DNA of 48,598 bases, from contig JBKBXU010000001.1 of the NCBI GenBank assembly GCA_046313675.1, forward strand, positions 1 to 48,598, read 5' to 3'. Below the pieces are notes generated by a model that ran no database searches, was not told the origin of the DNA, and saw only the letters and a list, made by a program, of their open reading frames with translations. Made by a program: the position numbers and the translations under genes. The stretch's first letter is position 1; every line of letters starts with the position of its first letter. Origin of the DNA: Cytophagaceae bacterium (GTDB taxonomy: Bacteria > Bacteroidota > Bacteroidia > Cytophagales > Cytophagaceae). Shown piece by piece: positions 1-11,300 of this stretch.

Positions 1-2334
1 TAGAAAACACATATATCGACACATACCTTGTTACTCATCTCACTTTCAAGAGAATAATAATTCAGCGCTTTGATAGCATAACATCCGGCTGTTGACACCG
101 TATCGATGTGTCTGAAGTAACTGTCTTCAGTGTAGCCAATCTGAATCATATCTTCTTCCTCATTTTCAGAATAATAAAGCATATAACCAACTGCCTCCGG
201 ATTGCACCCTTCTCTTATGGTATGTGTCCATTGCAGGTTGTTGTAATTAACATCTACAGGGGCACATTGAAGCTCATCCAGAATCGGAGGGCAGGGAGGT
301 ATAGAATCCCTGGGTATGATACAGACTTCCTGTGAGCGGTTGATAAAGAATCCCGGGATATTTTCTTTGCAATACTCTCCCCTTGTTTCTATGTAGTAGC
401 AGGCAGTATCATTGTTAAGTACATTTCTATCTCTGAAAGATGCGGAATCTCCCCATACTACGAGACTGTCGGAAATTTCAAATGCTGATCCGTTTATACT
501 TCTATAAATAGCATGAAATTTTCCTGAATTCTCCCAAGGGACATTATAAACCCAGGATATATTAACGGCATTATTGCCGGGTTCACCGGATAAAAATACA
601 GATGAAGCTAATTCTGTTCTGCCTTTAAATTCACCGCTATTCTGATAATATTCAATGCGGTAGTTATAGGGTTGCTCAACGGTATTTACCAAGTCTACAT
701 AAACCGTATCATTTTCATCTGTTGTGGAATATATCTGAACATAATCATTACCATTAAGACCTGTTCCTCTAAATAATCTGTATTCATATTCGGGGCCACC
801 AGTTATAACGGGTGGTTTCATCCAGCGGATGATTACCCTTCCGTCTTCAGAAGTCTTGTCTATGCTAACATTAGTAAACAGAGGTTCATCCGGTGTAAGT
901 CCTGCGCAAACTTCATCAGAAGGAACGCTGGTCCCTTCCAGGTCTGGGATATTCAGCCACCAATATATAGCAATAATCTGTTCCTTTACTTAAACCCTCC
1001 CCATTGTCATTGTCCAGGTAAGTGGTTGATTGAGCCGGCACTCTCGCTATAACCTTATAACCAGCTTTTACGAGTGCATCCTCATCACAAATATCATCAA
1101 TACCGCCTGTTGGACTACAGTCCTTTCTGTAAATAGCTATTTGATTCGCATTTGGGCATGAATAAGCATCCCAGTTGAGTCTTATTTCTCTGTTTAAAGG
1201 AGTAGCAACCAATCCTGTAAGCTTAGGACCGAATATTCTAACACTCCAGGGCTTCGTATCGACAAGTCTTGTCATTCCTGCTGGAGGAAGGTCTTCAGCC
1301 CGGAAAATAATCTGATAAGGTTCTTTCCGGACATGGTCACATCCTGTTTGCCATGAAAACTGTCCGGAAGCCGGATTCGGTTGAGGATTATTGACAGCAA
1401 AGTTTGCCCTTGCATTAGGGATGAGATTATAAACCCCACTGACAGAGGTAAGATTCATAGAATGAAAATCCGGATCAGTAGCAGAAATGGTTCTATTGAT
1501 AAATGTACCTGCTACTACACAAGTATCTACCGGTACATTTACGACAGGTGGCTTGTTGTTATTACGCACTACTTCAATTTGCATATCACGGACTACGTAA
1601 CTAATTCTCTGTCCGTTACGCCATTCTTCTACCAAAAACGCAATATTATATAAACCTGGGGTCATAGGTGTTTGCCAAATAAGATCGCCTGTTATCGGAT
1701 CAATACTGAATGTAACTGCACCTCCACCACCAAATTCAGGATTTGAAGGATCTCTATAAGCCATTACGTCTACCCCGGCATCTTTACGCGGCGTAATCAA
1801 TTTATAAGATATGCTATCTCCATCTACATCAAAAGCAACAGGATTATGAATAAACTTTTGGCCGGTAACAGCTTTATCGAGTGGAGGATTCAGAAGAACC
1901 GGGGTATTATTTATTCCAATGAAAGGATTTATTCCAACATAGGTTTCAAGGTATAGCTCTGTTCCTCCGGAATTGCTCATATTGATAATTCCGGAATTTC
2001 TATAAATTTCTTTGAACGAGATGATGTAATACCCTGCAGCCTGGTAGGTATGATTGGCTATATAGACTCTTTTCTCCGTATCATTACCAATATCCTGGGC
2101 AGAAAAAGTACCCACAGTAAGCTCCGTACCATCACCGAGATTAATCCTGGCGGTGGACTGGTCGATCTGTGAAGATTTTTTTAGATATAAAGTAAGCGTA
2201 ATCCTGAAACTTAAATTATTCCCGGAGGTTCGTTCCACGGTGATCTCACCTGCACGAATATGGCTTGCTTCTGCCTTTAACGAACAGAAAGTCAATATAG
2301 AAAATATAAATAAGTATGTTAGTAAGCGGTTCAT
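1..2334 (-). pseudogene. Giant secreted surface protein (Bacteroidota adhesin class), reading frame broken once; 3' end runs off the window
   Basis: ORF 916..2334 begins with a signal peptide (MNRLLTYLFIFSILTFCSLKAEA), then SHIRAGEITVERT and FDVDGDSISYKL, motifs I associate with large Bacteroidota cell-surface proteins. Hand translation of the minus strand shows a second frame open from 989 down to base 1 (..TSVPSDEVCAGLTPDEPLFTNVSIDKTSEDGRVIIRWMKPP..). That frame repeats the same module pattern (W...Y.I.R ... CY.I.A.N ... S..VC). The frames switch near 931-942. Confidence 0.6.
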
Positions 2335-2423
2335 TTGATGTGAAAGATACGAAAATATATACAGATTTTTGTCACTAAATGTTTTATAAGATTGTTACTT
2401 GTAATATTCAAGGAACAAATTTA

Positions 2424-2454
2424 TTGCTTTTGAATAGTTTGAGGTTTAAATTTG
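2424..2454 (+). promoter_or_regulatory. Candidate Bacteroidota housekeeping promoter for sdhCAB (TTG 2424-2426; TAAATTTG 2447-2454)
   Basis: TAAATTTG fits the Bacteroidota -7 consensus TAnnTTTG. A TTG lies 20 nt upstream. The element ends 44 nt before the sdhC ATG. Confidence 0.3.
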
Positions 2455-2498
2455 AGCAATTCTTAAATAAACGATAATCAATAAAAAATATTGACAGA

Positions 2499-3164
2499 AT
2501 GAACTGGTTTGCTAAAGCCTTCTCGGGCAGTATAGGGAGAAAACTCATCATGTCGCTTACAGGACTGTTTCTGATAAGCTTTTTGATTGTACATCTTTCA
2601 GGAAATTTTTTACTAATAAGAGATGATGCAGGAGTGGCATTCAACAGATATGCTCATTTCATGAAAGAAAATCCAATTATTAAAATTTTGGAAATTGTTT
2701 TGGCCTTAGGCTTTATCTTCCATATTGTTTATGCTGTTATTCTTACTATCAATAATAAAAAAGCCAGACCCGAAAGATACCAATACAATGAGCCTTCAGC
2801 CAACAGCTCATGGTTCTCCAGAAATATGGGCTTAACAGGAAGTATTATTCTGATATTCTTAATTCTACATTTAAGAACATTCTTTATCCCACACAAAACC
2901 CCATTCATGGAACCTCTGAGAGAAACCATGTATGATGAAGCCGTACTTGCATTTTCCAATATATATTATGTAGGATTTTATGTCATTGCCATGGTTCTTC
3001 TGGCGTTTCACCTCGTACATGGATTTTCAAGTGCTTTTCAAAGTATGGGTTTAAGGCACCCCAAGTACTTTAACTTTATAAAAGCGGCGGGTTATGGTTT
3101 TGCCATCATTGTGCCATTACTTTTTGCCTTAATACCTGTTTACATGTACATTGTACAACAATAA
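2499..3164 (+). CDS. sdhC: Succinate dehydrogenase/fumarate reductase cytochrome b membrane anchor (single-subunit, di-haem type)
   Basis: 221 aa with about five hydrophobic helices carrying conserved-looking His residues (VHLSGNF, FHIVYA, LHLRTFF, FHLVHGF). It sits directly upstream of the flavoprotein and Fe-S subunits. Confidence 0.85.
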   Translation: MNWFAKAFSGSIGRKLIMSLTGLFLISFLIVHLSGNFLLIRDDAGVAFNRYAHFMKENPIIKILEIVLALGFIFHIVYAVILTINNKKARPERYQYNEPSANSSWFSRNMGLTGSIILIFLILHLRTFFIPHKTPFMEPLRETMYDEAVLAFSNIYYVGFYVIAMVLLAFHLVHGFSSAFQSMGLRHPKYFNFIKAAGYGFAIIVPLLFALIPVYMYIVQQ

Positions 3165-3217
3165 GCCGGTCTGCCGGATCATTAATAAAAATTTGAAGCT
3201 GAGACTAATATAAAATT

Positions 3218-5131
3218 ATGAAATTAGAATCTAAAATACCTGAGGGGCCATTGGCAGATAAATGGACCAAGCACAAATTCAACCTAAAGCTTGTAAACCC
3301 TGCCAATAAGAGAAAATATGAAGTGATTGTTGTTGGAACAGGACTTGCAGGTGCTTCTGCTGCAGCCAGCCTTGCTGAGCTTGGATACAATGTTAAAGCA
3401 TTTTGTTTCCAGGACAGCCCGAGAAGAGCTCACTCCATTGCTGCTCAGGGAGGTATCAATGCTGCAAAAAATTATCAAAATGACGGTGACAGTGTTTTCA
3501 GGCTGTTTTATGATACCATTAAAGGGGGAGATTATCGTGCAAGAGAAGCCAACGTTCACCGCCTTGCAGAGGTAAGTGTTAATATTATTGACCAATGCGT
3601 GGCTCAAGGGGTTCCATTTGCGCGTGAGTATGGCGGATTGCTTGACAACCGTTCTTTTGGAGGTGCACAGGTTTCCAGAACGTTTTATGCCCGGGGACAA
3701 ACAGGTCAGCAGCTTCTGCTTGGCGCATACAGTGCCTTATCAAGGCAAATTGGACTTGGTAAAGTTAAAATGTACCCAAGGACTGAAATGCTTGATGTTG
3801 TAATGATTGATGGCCAAGCCAAAGGCATCGTTGTAAGAGACCTGGTAACAGGTGAAATATCTTCTCATTCGGCTCATGCAGTTTTACTTTGCACAGGTGG
3901 TTATGGAAACGTTTTCTTCTTATCTACCAATGCTCAGGGCTCAAATGTTACTGCAGCCTGGAGAGCACATAAAAAAGGTGCCTTATTTGCCAATCCTTGT
4001 TTCACCCAAATACACCCTACATGCATTCCCGTAACAGGTGATCATCAGTCTAAGCTTACCCTAATGAGTGAAAGCTTAAGAAATGACGGACGTGTATGGG
4101 TTCCTAAGCAAGTAGGTGATAAAAGAAAACCGGAAGATATTCCGGAAAATGAAAGAGATTATTACTTAGAAAGAAAATATCCATCCTTCGGTAATCTTGT
4201 ACCAAGGGATGTAGCATCAAGAAATGCTAAAGAAGCCTGCGATGACGGTAAAGGAGTTGGAACAAGCGGACTTGCCGTATACCTTGATTTTGCTGATGCC
4301 ATTAAACGTCTGGGAGAAGATGCCGTAAGAGCAAAATATGGCAACTTGTTTGACATGTATGCTCAGATTACAGGAGAAAATCCATATAAAACACCAATGC
4401 GTATTTACCCTGCGGTTCACTATACCATGGGAGGCCTTTGGGTAGATTATAATCTTAGCACGAATATTCCAGGTTTATATGCACTTGGAGAGGCTAACTT
4501 CTCAGATCACGGAGCCAACAGACTTGGAGCCAGTGCACTTATGCAGGGACTTGCCGATGGTTACTTTGTGATACCATACACTATTGGTGATTACCTGGCT
4601 ACTATTGGCCCACAGGCGGTTGATAAAAGCCATCCGGCCTTTAAGGAAGCGGAAGATGCCATCAAAAATAAAGTAAAACAACTTCTATCCATTAAAGGAA
4701 CTAAAACCGTTACAGAATACCATAGAGAGTTGGGACACATAATGTGGGACTATTGTGGTATGGCAAGAAATGCTGAAGGTCTGAAAAAGGCAAAATCCAT
4801 GATTCAGGATCTTAAAGCTGACTTCTGGAAAAATGTTAAAGTAATAGGAGGAGATGGTGAATTAAATCAAAACCTGGAAAAAGCCGGACGTGTAGCAGAC
4901 TTTATTGAACTTGGGGAGCTTATGGTTGATGATGCACTTAACAGGGAAGAATCTTGTGGCGGCCATTTCCGTGAAGAATATCAGACGGAAGAAAATGAGG
5001 CAAGACGTGATGATGATAAATTCGCTTACGTTGCAGCCTGGGAATATAAAGGTGAGGGTAACGCACATGAACTTCACAAAGAAGACCTGAAGTTTGAGAA
5101 CGTAAAACTTACTCAGAGAAGTTACAAATAA
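3218..5131 (+). CDS. sdhA: Succinate dehydrogenase/fumarate reductase flavoprotein subunit
   Basis: FAD-binding fold [14 protein letters not shown], covalent-FAD histidine context [15 protein letters not shown], and the blocks [10 protein letters not shown] and [13 protein letters not shown]. Confidence 0.95.
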   Translation: MKLESKIPEGPLADKWTKHKFNLKLVNPANKRKYEVIVVGTGLAGASAAASLAELGYNVKAFCFQDSPRRAHSIAAQGGINAAKNYQNDGDSVFRLFYDTIKGGDYRAREANVHRLAEVSVNIIDQCVAQGVPFAREYGGLLDNRSFGGAQVSRTFYARGQTGQQLLLGAYSALSRQIGLGKVKMYPRTEMLDVVMIDGQAKGIVVRDLVTGEISSHSAHAVLLCTGGYGNVFFLSTNAQGSNVTAAWRAHKKGALFANPCFTQIHPTCIPVTGDHQSKLTLMSESLRNDGRVWVPKQVGDKRKPEDIPENERDYYLERKYPSFGNLVPRDVASRNAKEACDDGKGVGTSGLAVYLDFADAIKRLGEDAVRAKYGNLFDMYAQITGENPYKTPMRIYPAVHYTMGGLWVDYNLSTNIPGLYALGEANFSDHGANRLGASALMQGLADGYFVIPYTIGDYLATIGPQAVDKSHPAFKEAEDAIKNKVKQLLSIKGTKTVTEYHRELGHIMWDYCGMARNAEGLKKAKSMIQDLKADFWKNVKVIGGDGELNQNLEKAGRVADFIELGELMVDDALNREESCGGHFREEYQTEENEARRDDDKFAYVAAWEYKGEGNAHELHKEDLKFENVKLTQRSYK

Positions 5132-5194
5132 CAAAAACAAGTACAGGTTTATCCTGTGGAACGAAATAAAATATTTTAGAAATTTTATATAGTT

Positions 5195-5959
5195 ATGGCC
5201 GGAAATATGAATTTGAAAATAAAGGTATGGCGGCAGAAAGATGCAAAATCTGAAGGTAAGCTTGTCACCTATGATGCCCCTAATATTTCACCTGACATGT
5301 CATTTCTTGAAATGATTGACGTGGTAAATGAGGATCTGATCAAAAAAAGTGAAGAGCCAATAGCCTTTGACCATGACTGTCGGGAGGGAATCTGTGGTGC
5401 GTGCAGCATGTACATCAACGGAAGAGCGCATGGCCCTAAGGAAGGTATTACTACCTGCCAACTTCATATGAGAAGTTTCAAAGACGGTGATACCGTTGTT
5501 ATAGAACCGTGGAGAGCTTCTGCATTTCCAGTAATAAAGGATCTTGTTGTTGACAGAGGCGCCTTTGACAGAATTATTGCAGCAGGAGGATATGTTTCTG
5601 TAAATACCGGTGGGGTTCCTGATGCCAATGCAATTCCTATTCCTAAGGAAGATGCTGATGAGGCTTTTGACGCTGCCACTTGTATAGGTTGTGGTGCTTG
5701 CGTTGCAGCGTGTAAAAATGCTTCTGCCATGCTATTTGTTTCAGCAAAAGTTTCTCAATTAGCCTTGCTTCCTCAAGGTCAGGTCGAAAGACAAAACCGG
5801 GTTGAGAGAATGGTTGACCAAATGAACGAAGAAGGTTTTGGCTCTTGTACAAACACCGGAGCATGTTCGGTTGAATGTCCAAAGCTGATTTCTCAAGACA
5901 ACATAGCAAGACTAAACAGAGAGTATATTAAAGCAAAAGCTGCTTCGAAAAACGTATAG
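5195..5959 (+). CDS. sdhB: Succinate dehydrogenase/fumarate reductase iron-sulfur subunit
   Basis: Three cysteine clusters: [16 protein letters not shown] (2Fe-2S), [13 protein letters not shown] (4Fe-4S) and [13 protein letters not shown] (3Fe-4S). An alternative ATG lies at 5207. Confidence 0.95.
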   Translation: MAGNMNLKIKVWRQKDAKSEGKLVTYDAPNISPDMSFLEMIDVVNEDLIKKSEEPIAFDHDCREGICGACSMYINGRAHGPKEGITTCQLHMRSFKDGDTVVIEPWRASAFPVIKDLVVDRGAFDRIIAAGGYVSVNTGGVPDANAIPIPKEDADEAFDAATCIGCGACVAACKNASAMLFVSAKVSQLALLPQGQVERQNRVERMVDQMNEEGFGSCTNTGACSVECPKLISQDNIARLNREYIKAKAASKNV

Positions 5960-5989
5960 TTATTTAACACTACACTTGACTAAATTAAT

Positions 5990-6020
5990 AAAAAGCCGGA
6001 GAGACTCTTTCCGGCTTTTT
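5990..6020 (+). terminator. Rho-independent terminator after sdhB
   Basis: AAAAAGCCGGA (5990-6000) pairs perfectly with TCCGGCTTTTT (6010-6020) around a 9-nt loop. The 3' arm runs into a T tract. Confidence 0.8.
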
Positions 6021-6119
6021 AATTTCACGCCTTTTTGACTATTTACAGTCTATTCTATAAAAGCTATCATAGAAAAAATCGTTATTTTCACTTAAGATTA
6101 AAAAATTACTTTTTATCAA

Positions 6120-8366
6120 ATGTTAAAATCTATTTCTATAATAATTTCCCTGTTATTGCTGGTTTCCTGTTCCGGCAATAACGACACAACACAAACCGAA
6201 GATTACTTAAACCCTGAACTCCCTGTAGATAAACGGGTTGAAATTCTGTTAGGAATGATGACGCTTGAAGAAAAAATCGGGCAAATGTGTCAATATGTCG
6301 GAGAAGCTGCTCAGGTGGAAACAGGAAATACAGATGAGATGGTTGGCTATAAATTAGGCATTGAGGACAAGAAACTATTAATTGAAAACGGACTTGTCGG
6401 CTCCTTTTTAAAAGTGCCGGGATATAAAGAAGCTAACTACCTTCAGGAGTTGGCTCTGAATTCAAGATTAAAAATTCCACTCCTGATTGCCACCGATGCC
6501 ATCCACGGACACGCCATGGATATTCCTGTCTCCACTGTATTCCCAAGTCCCATAGGAATCGCTTCAAGTTTTGATACCTTGCTGGCAAAAAAAATAGCTA
6601 TTGCCACAGCAAAAGAAATGCGTGCCACCGGTTTCCACTGGACCTTCTCTCCCAACCTCGACCTGGTAAGGGATTCCCGCTGGGGACGTACGGGTGAAAC
6701 TTATGGAGAAGATCCCTTTCTCATCACCCAGATGGGAATAGCCATGATTAAAGGGTATCAAGGCAATGACTTTTCTGAAAAACATAATGTACTTGCCTGT
6801 GCCAAACATTTAGTAGCAGGGGGCATTGCTGAAAATGGGCTAAACGGAGCCCCTGCCGATATTTCGGAGCGAACCCTGGAGGAAATATTTTATCCTCCGT
6901 TTGTTAAAGCCATAGAAAATAAGGTTTACACCGTAATGCCTGCGCATAATGAAGTAAATGGCATTCCTTGCCATGCCGATAAAAACATGCTTACTAATAT
7001 GCTGCGAAATAAATGGGGCTTTGAAGGATTTGTTATCAGCGACTGGCAGGATATAGAGCGCTTATATTCTGTACATAAAATTTCTGACAGCCGAATTGGG
7101 GCAGATAAAGCTGCTGTAGAAGCTGGTGTTGATATGCACATGCATGGTGGTCAGTTTCTGGATAATGTAAAAGCTCTGGTGGAAGATGGCATTATCCCCC
7201 TTTCCAGAATCGATGATGCAGTCAAAAAAATTTTAACCGCAAAGTTCCGGTTGGGGCTTTTTGAAAATCGATTTGTTGATGAGAACAAAGTATATGAAAC
7301 TGTATTGAATAGTTCTCATAAAGAATTGGCTTTAGAAGCTGCCAGAAAAAGCATAGTCCTTCTAAAAAATGACAAAAATGTACTACCATTAGCAAAGAAT
7401 AAAAAAATCTTCCTGACCGGCCCTAATGCCAACGACCAGTCTGTATTAGGTGATTGGGCAAGAATTCAACCTGATTCTAACCTTGTTACTATTTATAAGG
7501 GATTAAAGAAGGAAGGATCCGTGGACTATCTTGATTGCAAAGGAATCACAAAAATCACAGATAATATGATCAAATCAGCCAGAGAGCGGGCAAAAAAAGC
7601 TGATGTATCTATAATTGTGGTAGGAGAAAATTCTCTTAGAGAAAACCCCGACAGAACCAGCGGAGAGAATATTGACAGAGCATCTCTACAATTACAGGGA
7701 AGACAGGAGGAACTCATTAATGCCGTAGCAAGTGCAGGAAAACCTGTTATAGTGGTTTTAGTAAACGGAGCACCCATTTCACTTGAGAAGTGTATAGATA
7801 AGATTGATGCTATAATAGAGGCATGGGAGCCCGGAATAATGGCGGGAACAGCCGTGGCTGATGTCATTTACGGAAGATATAATCCATCAGGAAGGCTTCC
7901 TATTACTTTGGCCAAAGACGGCCAGCAAAGAGTTTACTACAACCATAAACCATCATCCTACCATAGGGGAAAATTCAAGTTCACCACTACCACCCCACTT
8001 TATGAATTCGGTCACGGTTTGAGCTATACCACCTTTGTGTATGACAATTTTACCATGACAGATACCATTTCAATGGCTGAAAATCTAAATATCACATTGG
8101 ATGTAAAAAATACAGGAAAATATGCCGGTGAAGAAACTGTATTAGTATACTTAAATGATGTTGTAAGTTCTGTCACCCGTCCTGTCAGGGAATTGAAAGC
8201 CTTTCAAAAAGTCTATCTCAATCCGGGTGATAAGGAAACATTAACATTTACCCTTAGCCCTGAGGATTTCAGTATGTTAAATTCAGAGATGATCAGAATA
8301 ACAGAACCAGGAGAATTTAAGGTTTTATTTGGCAATCAGGCCGCAAAAAGTTTTTGGGTAAAATAA
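6120..8366 (+). CDS. bglX: Glycoside hydrolase family 3 beta-glucosidase, lipoprotein-type signal
   Basis: Signal/lipobox LLLLVSCSG. GH3 blocks TDAIHGH, SPNLDLVRDSRWGRTGETYGEDP and nucleophile context GFVISDWQD. C-terminal fibronectin-like domain (FGHGLSYTTF). Confidence 0.9.
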   Translation: MLKSISIIISLLLLVSCSGNNDTTQTEDYLNPELPVDKRVEILLGMMTLEEKIGQMCQYVGEAAQVETGNTDEMVGYKLGIEDKKLLIENGLVGSFLKVPGYKEANYLQELALNSRLKIPLLIATDAIHGHAMDIPVSTVFPSPIGIASSFDTLLAKKIAIATAKEMRATGFHWTFSPNLDLVRDSRWGRTGETYGEDPFLITQMGIAMIKGYQGNDFSEKHNVLACAKHLVAGGIAENGLNGAPADISERTLEEIFYPPFVKAIENKVYTVMPAHNEVNGIPCHADKNMLTNMLRNKWGFEGFVISDWQDIERLYSVHKISDSRIGADKAAVEAGVDMHMHGGQFLDNVKALVEDGIIPLSRIDDAVKKILTAKFRLGLFENRFVDENKVYETVLNSSHKELALEAARKSIVLLKNDKNVLPLAKNKKIFLTGPNANDQSVLGDWARIQPDSNLVTIYKGLKKEGSVDYLDCKGITKITDNMIKSARERAKKADVSIIVVGENSLRENPDRTSGENIDRASLQLQGRQEELINAVASAGKPVIVVLVNGAPISLEKCIDKIDAIIEAWEPGIMAGTAVADVIYGRYNPSGRLPITLAKDGQQRVYYNHKPSSYHRGKFKFTTTTPLYEFGHGLSYTTFVYDNFTMTDTISMAENLNITLDVKNTGKYAGEETVLVYLNDVVSSVTRPVRELKAFQKVYLNPGDKETLTFTLSPEDFSMLNSEMIRITEPGEFKVLFGNQAAKSFWVK

Positions 8367-8389
8367 GTATCATTAACTCATTTTACCCA
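8355..8389. terminator. Bidirectional hairpin between convergent bglX and protease genes
   Basis: TGGGTAAAAT (8355-8364) pairs with ATTTTACCCA (8380-8389), a 10-bp perfect stem with a 15-nt loop. It is flanked by TTTTT upstream and AAAA downstream and overlaps the bglX stop codon. Only 27 nt separate the two CDSs. Confidence 0.6.
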
Positions 8390-8393
8390 AAAA

Positions 8394-11300
8394 CTAGTAT
8401 TTGATCATTTTCTTAACCAACAGAATATCTTCTCCGGTCAATCTGTACAAATAAGTTCCTGCAGTAAGGTTCGTACCACTAAATTCATATTCATGTATCC
8501 CTTCGGAAACCTGCCCATCAACAACTACTTTCTGAACCGTTCCAAAAATATCCAGAATCTCAAGCTTCAGCTTAGTGCTTCCCGGCAGCATGATCCTGAA
8601 AGTGATTGTCTCTGAAAAAGGATTTGGATAGCTTTCAATTTTGGTTGACTCAGATGTCAGGACAGAAGTAGTTGGATCCACTGTGAAAATTAAGGGAGTT
8701 TCCACTACTATACCTGATGCCGTAATGATCGTAACAAGACCCGAGCTTGCCCCTTCAGGAATTTCTATCTGAATTTCATTTTCCGAAATATTATGTATAA
8801 TTACTGGTATCCCATTAATGTGAACAGTACTCACATTACCGAAATACTCCCCTGATACAACAATACGAGATCCCACCTGTCCATGAGCAGGAGCAATGCT
8901 AATGTTATTAGGCCATGGCTCATTGGTTTCTATTACAAAATCAAACAAGCTTTCCACCGTTGTTTCAGACGTAACGACAGAAATAGGTCCGGTTGTGGCA
9001 TCGTATGGAACCATAGCAACAATCCTGCTGGATGATTCATACACAAAGAAGGCATCTGTTCCATTGAATTTAACAGAACTTACATTCATCAAATTAGAAC
9101 CGGTAATAATTACGATATCACCAGGTTCTCCTGTTCTGGGATCTGCATCTATAATAACAGGCGTATACTCTCCCTCCTCTCCTATTGTAAAATCCGAGTC
9201 CGTTGAAATCTCCGTGTCTTGCATGACTATTGTCAATACCCCGGTTGTTGCATCATGCGGAACGGTGGCTACGATGGTATTATAAGAAGAATAAGAAACA
9301 TTGTTGGCGGTGTTTTCTGATCCGTGAAATAAGACATTCCATACATTTATAAACCCTTCTCCGGTAATAATTACAGTAGATCCCGGTTCTCCGGAAACAG
9401 GAGAGAAAGAATAAATAACAGGCTCAGGCCTGTAAATCTGAAAATCTCCAAAGCTAACTACTGTACCTCCCGGTGTAGTCACAGAGATCTTCCCTGTGCT
9501 TGCATCAGCAGGAACAGTTGCCACGATTGATGTTGGCGATTGTACAACAAAAACTGCGGCAACATCATTAAATTTCACCGAAGACACATCAATAAAGTTT
9601 GTTCCTCTTATGGTTACATTGACTCCCTGATAACCAGTATTAGGCGCAAATCCGGTAATATGTGGTGGATCCAGATTGCGCAATAACCTGATCATATAAT
9701 CCTGTGTTTCCCCATGACTATAGTCTGAACATGCATCCACATCAGCATTCATATCAGTTTCCCAGCAAATAATACGCATTCGAACACGACTACCCCATGC
9801 AGCTTCTTCCGGAGCTGATATACTGGTAGAAAATTCATATTCATTCTCTCCATCCATCTCATCAGAAACAGCCATCAATTCTTCTTCAGAGAAAATCCCA
9901 TCGGCATCCCAATCAACGTACACTTTAACTTTCCGGGGGAAATACACTCCATCACATTGACCGGTCGTCACTATCAGTTCCATGAAGTTCACATCATCGT
10001 AAAGATCTGCATACAGATTAGTGAAATCCTGATAGGTTTCACATTCATCGGGATCCGTATTATTATCAATGCTACCGATTCGCACCCGTTGAATTTTTGT
10101 GTCATCTAAATGATCAGCCCCGGAATTGCAATACAAAGGATCTACAATAAAATCTTCTTCGCTTGCGGAATATCCATTCGGGTTGATAACAACAAAGGGG
10201 CCTGTGCTTGCTCCATTAGGAATGGTAACTCTGATAAGATTGGAGCTTACCGTTTCAAATGTTGTATTGATTCCATTAACTAAAACATGCGAAGTCAGCA
10301 GAAAACCCGTACCGGTTATTTCCACAATCGTACCGGGAGAACCGGATTCAGGGCTAAAACTTACAATTCTGGGTGCGGATGGCGGCAAAGTACGTATGCT
10401 ATAATCCTCCGTCTCTCCATTGGCAAAGTAGCCGCATGCCTGTACGTCATCCACATCGCTGGTCTGATGGCATACTATTCTCATACGGGTTGTGATGTCG
10501 GTTGTAATATCAGAAGGTACTGTAATACTTCCATAAAAAGTCTCTCCCGGAAGCATGACTTCGGAAACTGCGACCATTTCTCCCGGATCAGAGAAATCTC
10601 CATCCCCATTCCAATCTATAAAAATTTTAACATAGCTCTCCTCTGATTCATTACAGGTTCCTAGCGTTACACTAAAATCTTGCACCTGATTAGGCGCAAG
10701 TTCTGTATATAGATTTGTATGCCTTCCATAAACCCCGCAATAAGTATTGCTTGTATTGTTGATCATTCCAAATGCTACATGGTCTATTCTTGTATCTCGG
10801 AATGAACGAGCTCCTGAGTGGCAATAAATACTTACAGGCGTAAATTTCTCACCATCTATGTATTCAAGCCCGGTATTTTGAGGATCAAGCCATTCTTTCA
10901 ATCTCCTATGCGGCTCAGGAGCGGTATCCCATGAATACGAAATTTTTCCATAATAGCTCCGGGAACTGGCACATTCCTGCGAACCTCCCCATAATTGTCC
11001 TACTATACGTTTGTTTTGGTCAAACAGTGGCGAGCCCGAAGATCCACTTTGCATAGTGGCATTTGTTCGGGCGATATACCACATGCTGTTTGGGGCAGAT
11101 CCATAAATCTGCGAAGAAGTAGGACCGTAATTAGTAAGGCTAATCTTTTTTATATCTCCATGTGGGTGATGTATTCCGGCAGTGCTTGTGGCAGGCGCAT
11201 TTTGTCTGGACCATCCTGCATAAAAAACATTATATTCTGCAGGTGGCTGATTATGCAATTCAAGCAGCATCATGTCAGAGTAAACATTCCTACTGACCAG

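Noticed and set aside
3205-5140. Numerous 60-138-aa ORFs antisense to or out of frame within sdhA (similar ones lie inside bglX, the proteases, the kinases and the MoxR operon)
   Set aside because: They lie entirely inside strongly supported genes, have no recognisable motifs, and mostly use non-ATG starts. They are shadow ORFs.
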